Origin: an uncultured Bacteroidales bacterium
Lineage (GTDB): Bacteria; Bacteroidota; Bacteroidia; Bacteroidales; JBBRXJ01
Direction: 5' to 3'
Assembly (NCBI GenBank): GCA_964606415.1
Contig: CAZSGN010000002.1
Span: forward strand, 1-37,738
Length of the DNA: 37,738 nucleotides
The notes beneath the pieces were generated by a model. It made no database searches and had not been told where the DNA came from. It saw only the letters and a list, made by a program, of their open reading frames with translations. The translations under genes were made by a program, and so were the position numbers. Below, in pieces: positions 34,680-37,738 of the stretch. Position 1 is the first letter of the stretch, and each line of letters opens with the position of its first letter.

Positions 34680-34687
34680 TATATTTG
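34680..34687 (+). promoter_or_regulatory. Bacteroidota-type -7 promoter box for tRNA-Asn
   Basis: tatatttg matches TAnnTTTG and ends 21 nt before the mature tRNA 5' end. Confidence 0.45.
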
Positions 34688-34707
34688 CAATCCAGTGCAG
34701 CCAACAC

Positions 34708-34781
34708 TCCTCAGTAGCTCAGTTGGTTAGAGCATCTGGCTGTTAACCAGAGGGTTGTTGGTTCGAGTCCAACCTGAGGAG
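34708..34781 (+). tRNA. tRNA-Asn (anticodon GTT)
   Basis: The 74-nt cloverleaf was folded by hand: acceptor tcctcag/ctgagga, D arm gctc-agttggtta-gagc, anticodon arm tctgg-ctGTTaa-ccaga, T arm gttgg-ttcgagt-ccaac, discriminator g. CCA is not encoded. Confidence 0.95.
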
Positions 34782-34788
34782 CAAAAAA

Positions 34789-34817
34789 ACCGAAGATAAG
34801 CATCTTCGGTTTTTTTT
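34789..34817 (+). terminator. Intrinsic terminator after tRNA-Asn
   Basis: accgaagat-aagc-atcttcggt perfect 9-bp stem followed by ttttttt. Confidence 0.85.
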
Positions 34818-35031
34818 ATTTAATCCGACACCAACATAAATCACAAAATTACATGTGGGTATCAAAAACAACTCATGTGTAATCATTCCGCATGCGTGAC
34901 AAGCCCGTTTATTCTTCGTTGCCCAAAAAACCAATCAAGAACAATAAAGCATAAAGATTTTAAAAAAAATTGGCAAAGTATTTGGTGTTAAATAAATAAA
35001 TTATTTGTCTAACCACTAAAAAAGAAAAATT

Positions 35032-35454
35032 ATGGTTTTAATGAAAAGAAAAGAAAACTGGCCAACATTTGGAGATGTATTTTCCGATTTTTATACGCCT
35101 AACAGTCCGGGAGGATTAAACAGCCAAATTCCTTCAACAAATGTTAAAGAAAAAGATGACGAGTTTGTTGTTGAAGTAGCAGCGCCGGGACTCGAAAAAG
35201 ATGATTTCCAAATTGATGTAGATGATGACACGCTCTCTGTTCGTGCCGAGAAAAAAGAAGAAAAGAAAGATGAGGAGAAAGATTATACACGTGTTGAATA
35301 CAATTATTCAAATTTCGAGCGTACGTTTAATCTTCCAAGCACAGTAAAAGGAGAAGATATATCGGCTAATTATAAAAATGGGATTTTAAACCTTCACCTG
35401 CCAAAGAATGAAGAAGCTAAGAAAAAAGGGAAACGTCAGATTTCCATCACTTAA
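35032..35454 (+). CDS. Hsp20/alpha-crystallin family small heat-shock protein
   Basis: The alpha-crystallin domain pattern VKEKDDEFVVEVAAPGLEKDDFQIDVDDDTLSV...ERTFNLP...ANYKNGILNLHLPK. The start could also be the ATG at 35041. Confidence 0.9.
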   Translation: MVLMKRKENWPTFGDVFSDFYTPNSPGGLNSQIPSTNVKEKDDEFVVEVAAPGLEKDDFQIDVDDDTLSVRAEKKEEKKDEEKDYTRVEYNYSNFERTFNLPSTVKGEDISANYKNGILNLHLPKNEEAKKKGKRQISIT

Positions 35455-35480
35455 TGAGAGTGATTTTAGGGTTAATAAGC

Positions 35481-35517
35481 AATCAGGCTATCCCTGCGGG
35501 ATAGCCTGATTCTTTAT
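35481..35517 (+). terminator. Intrinsic terminator after hsp20
   Basis: aatcaggctatccc-tgc-gggatagcctgatt perfect 14-bp stem followed by ctttatt. Confidence 0.7.
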
Positions 35518-35520
35518 TAT

Positions 35521-35670
35521 ACCTGAGTTGAGCGATTTAAACGAAGTGAAAAATCGCTTTACTTATTCGTCAGTTGACGGACCAATTTAGAAAATGTTGC
35601 GTTTCACCGAATAAGTGAGGTGTAATGCTTACATTTACTTAATCGATTGAGCGGAATCGCTCAATTTGGG
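35521..35670 (-). repeat. MITE/REP-like structured intergenic repeat, full-length 150-bp copy in inverted orientation
   Basis: The reverse complement aligns end to end with 24324..24466 except for a substituted central module (ggtccgtcaactgacgaa versus ggggttatccc). The CCC end abuts the galK stop codon at 35671. Confidence 0.8.
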
Positions 35671-36834
35671 TTATATTTTCTTTGACCCATCGCTGATATC
35701 AGCAATATAAAAATCCGGTTTAATGCTGGTTCTTCGTTCATATTGATCACCAACTGATTTGGTAAACACGTCAACTTGTTCCTCCTTTACAATACTTACC
35801 GTACAACCACCAAAACCAGCGCCAGTCATCCGGGATCCTAAAACGCCATCAACTTTACGGGCCTCTTCAACAAGCGTGTCCAATTCTATCCCCGTCACTT
35901 CATAATCATCTCTCAATGAATCATGAGACTCGTTCATCATTTGTCCAAACTTTTCTAACTTGCCGGCTTTTAAAGCTTCAATCGCGTCCAATACACGTTG
36001 ATCTTCGGAAACAACATGCCGCGCTCTTCTTTTTACTGTTTCATCAGGTATCGCGTCACTAATCTCGTTAAATTGGTCCATAGTCAGCTCACCCAGTTCT
36101 TTTATAGGCTTTTTCTTATTCAGATACTCGACCGCCTTATCGCATTCAGCTCTTCTTTCATTATATTTAGAATCAGCAAGCCCCCGGCGTTTATTGGTAT
36201 TTGATATCACAATTTTATAGCCTTCCAGATTAACAGGAACTTTTTCATATTCAAGTGTGCTACAATTAAGGGCCAGGGCATGATCCTTTAATCCCATGCC
36301 GGAAGCAAACTGATCCATTATTCCACAATTTACTCCTACAAATTGATTTTCAGCCGCCTGAGACATTTTCACCAGATCCCATAACTCGTTCCCCGCATCA
36401 AAAAGAATATTCATTGCATAAGCAGTTACCATTTCAATTGAAGCAGAAGAAGACAATCCAGCGCCATTTGGAATATCACCATAATACAAGAGTTCGACAC
36501 CCTGATCAAAATTCAACCCTGCTTTCTTCAACTGCACCAAAACACCAAGAGGATAATTAACCCACTGGTCATCAATCTTATTATCAATATCCTTCATTGA
36601 AACTTCAGCAGTAAAATCAAAATTAGTGCTGGCAAATCGCACCACATCTTCCTGAATTTTTCGAACAGCCAGATAAGTTCCAAAGCTTAAAGCACAGGGG
36701 AAGACATATCCACCATTATAATCAGTGTGCTCACCAATAAGGTTGACCCTGCCAGGGCTAAAAAACACCTCCGGTTGATTGGCTTCTTGGCCATACCGTT
36801 TAATAAACTCTTGTTTAAGTTGATTTTTTTCCAT
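35671..36834 (-). CDS. galK: Galactokinase
   Basis: Galactokinase signature GRVNLIGEHTDYNGG. GHMP motifs PNGAGLSSSAS and MTGAGFGGC. Confidence 0.95.
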   Translation of the reverse strand: MEKNQLKQEFIKRYGQEANQPEVFFSPGRVNLIGEHTDYNGGYVFPCALSFGTYLAVRKIQEDVVRFASTNFDFTAEVSMKDIDNKIDDQWVNYPLGVLVQLKKAGLNFDQGVELLYYGDIPNGAGLSSSASIEMVTAYAMNILFDAGNELWDLVKMSQAAENQFVGVNCGIMDQFASGMGLKDHALALNCSTLEYEKVPVNLEGYKIVISNTNKRRGLADSKYNERRAECDKAVEYLNKKKPIKELGELTMDQFNEISDAIPDETVKRRARHVVSEDQRVLDAIEALKAGKLEKFGQMMNESHDSLRDDYEVTGIELDTLVEEARKVDGVLGSRMTGAGFGGCTVSIVKEEQVDVFTKSVGDQYERRTSIKPDFYIADISDGSKKI

Positions 36835-36895
36835 ATTATAATAATTTTTGACATATTTTAGAGTCCTAAAAGTATCAATTTTTCATCAAAGCATC

Positions 36896-37687
36896 ATGCG
36901 AACCGTCAAAAAAAGTCTCTTTATACTTATATCTTTTTGCTTATTCTTGCTCAAGTCAAAGTCTAAAAAGGGATTTGGCATACACTCACCATTCCTTTAC
37001 TCCCTGCTTAAAAAACTAAATAAACCTGATGAAAAAGAATTATCAAAAATAAAAAATATACGCCGGGAAATTCTCCAGGAAGGAGGATTAATAGAAGTAC
37101 ACCCTAAAGGAAATGCCCAAACAAAAAAAATCAAAAAAAAATCGGTCCGTGTCCTGGTCAAAAAAGAAAGCATATCACACCATTACGGTAAATTTCTTTT
37201 CACCCTTGTCAGACATACCCGCCCATCAGGCATAATAGAACTGGGCACGAACCTGGGCCTTAGTAGCTTGTATCTTGGCCTGGCTCAACAAAATAAAGAA
37301 ATAACAACCATTGAAGGTTGCCCAAATAAAGTAGCCTTTGCAAAAAAAATCTTTAATAAAACATCTATCCGTGCAAGAATTTTCAATAACTCTTTTGAAG
37401 ACGTCCTTGAAAAAGCGCTACAATCAACCCCTAAACCTATGCTTATTTATATTGATGGTGATCATCGTCAAGAAGCCTTGCTGAAATACATACAAAAAAT
37501 CTTAACCTACCATCATGACGGTCTGATTATTGTTATTGATGACATAAACTGGTCAGGAAAAATGAAAAAAGCATGGAAGCTATTATTAAAGGAAGAAAAA
37601 AAAACATTAAGCCTTGATCTGTTCAGGCTGGGAGGCCGTTTTTACCAATCGGCGTTATCAAGACAACACATACATATCAGGTATTAA
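36896..37687 (+). CDS. Class I SAM-dependent methyltransferase (O-methyltransferase family 3-like)
   Basis: Motif I-like IIELGTNLGLSSLYLG and LIYIDGDHRQEAL. ATG at 36896 (MRTVKKSLF..., hydrophobic N-terminus) is preferred over the TTG at 36848. Confidence 0.7.
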   Translation: MRTVKKSLFILISFCLFLLKSKSKKGFGIHSPFLYSLLKKLNKPDEKELSKIKNIRREILQEGGLIEVHPKGNAQTKKIKKKSVRVLVKKESISHHYGKFLFTLVRHTRPSGIIELGTNLGLSSLYLGLAQQNKEITTIEGCPNKVAFAKKIFNKTSIRARIFNNSFEDVLEKALQSTPKPMLIYIDGDHRQEALLKYIQKILTYHHDGLIIVIDDINWSGKMKKAWKLLLKEEKKTLSLDLFRLGGRFYQSALSRQHIHIRY

Positions 37688-37738
37688 TAACTTGTTAATA
37701 ATTTAACCCATGCACACATCCGGCTTTTTACCAAAATT

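Noticed and set aside
34743-34934. 63-aa minus-strand ORF overlapping tRNA-Asn and its terminator
   Set aside because: It overlaps a confidently folded tRNA and a strong terminator hairpin, so it is spurious.
37710-37738. Possible start of another plus-strand gene (ATG at 37710, MHTSGFLPK...)
   Set aside because: Only 9 codons are visible before the window ends, which is too little to support a call.
1-37738. Prophage, ICE, restriction-modification or other defence island
   Set aside because: No integrase, transposase, phage structural, methylase/endonuclease or known defence-gene signatures were seen. The Fic gene is the only toxin-like element, and its context is truncated by the window edge.

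Overview
This is an AT-rich chromosomal segment that looks like Bacteroidota. The basis is T9SS C-terminal sorting domains, DUF1573 proteins, TAnnTTTG-type -7 promoter boxes, a GH3 homolog and no obvious Shine-Dalgarno sites. I can support 33 protein-coding genes, one tRNA-Asn(GTT), a few intrinsic terminators and three unrelated intergenic repeat systems. No transposase, integrase, CRISPR array, rRNA or recognisable defence island is visible. Housekeeping genes are argS, miaA, smpB, uvrA, galK, a deoxynucleoside kinase, Hsp20, an acyl-CoA ligase and a LOG-family protein. The best candidate for an undescribed system is a dispersed SiaA/B/C-like phospho-partner switch wired to envelope components. 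It has two parts. (1) A same-strand cluster at 9612-14960 encodes a periplasmic-TPR/TM/PP2C (SpoIIE) phosphatase, an orphan XylF-like sugar-binding lipoprotein, a POTRA-less Omp85 barrel and a SiaC-like DUF1987 protein, followed directly by LemA-TPM-TPM. (2) A separate SiaB-like kinase plus second SiaC-like paralog sits at 30016-31115. No diguanylate cyclase output gene is present in the window. Other notable items: a hairpin-rich ~145-bp MITE/REP-like repeat family at 5 loci, one copy of which supplies the uvrA stop codon; a modular heptamer/27-mer minisatellite in a divergent promoter region; phased direct repeats upstream of a class II Fic gene; an OmpA-like barrel whose peptidoglycan-binding domain appears replaced by an EF-hand tail, coupled to a SPOR protein; and a GC-rich structured island of unknown identity. 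All family assignments rest on motifs read by eye. No searches were run.
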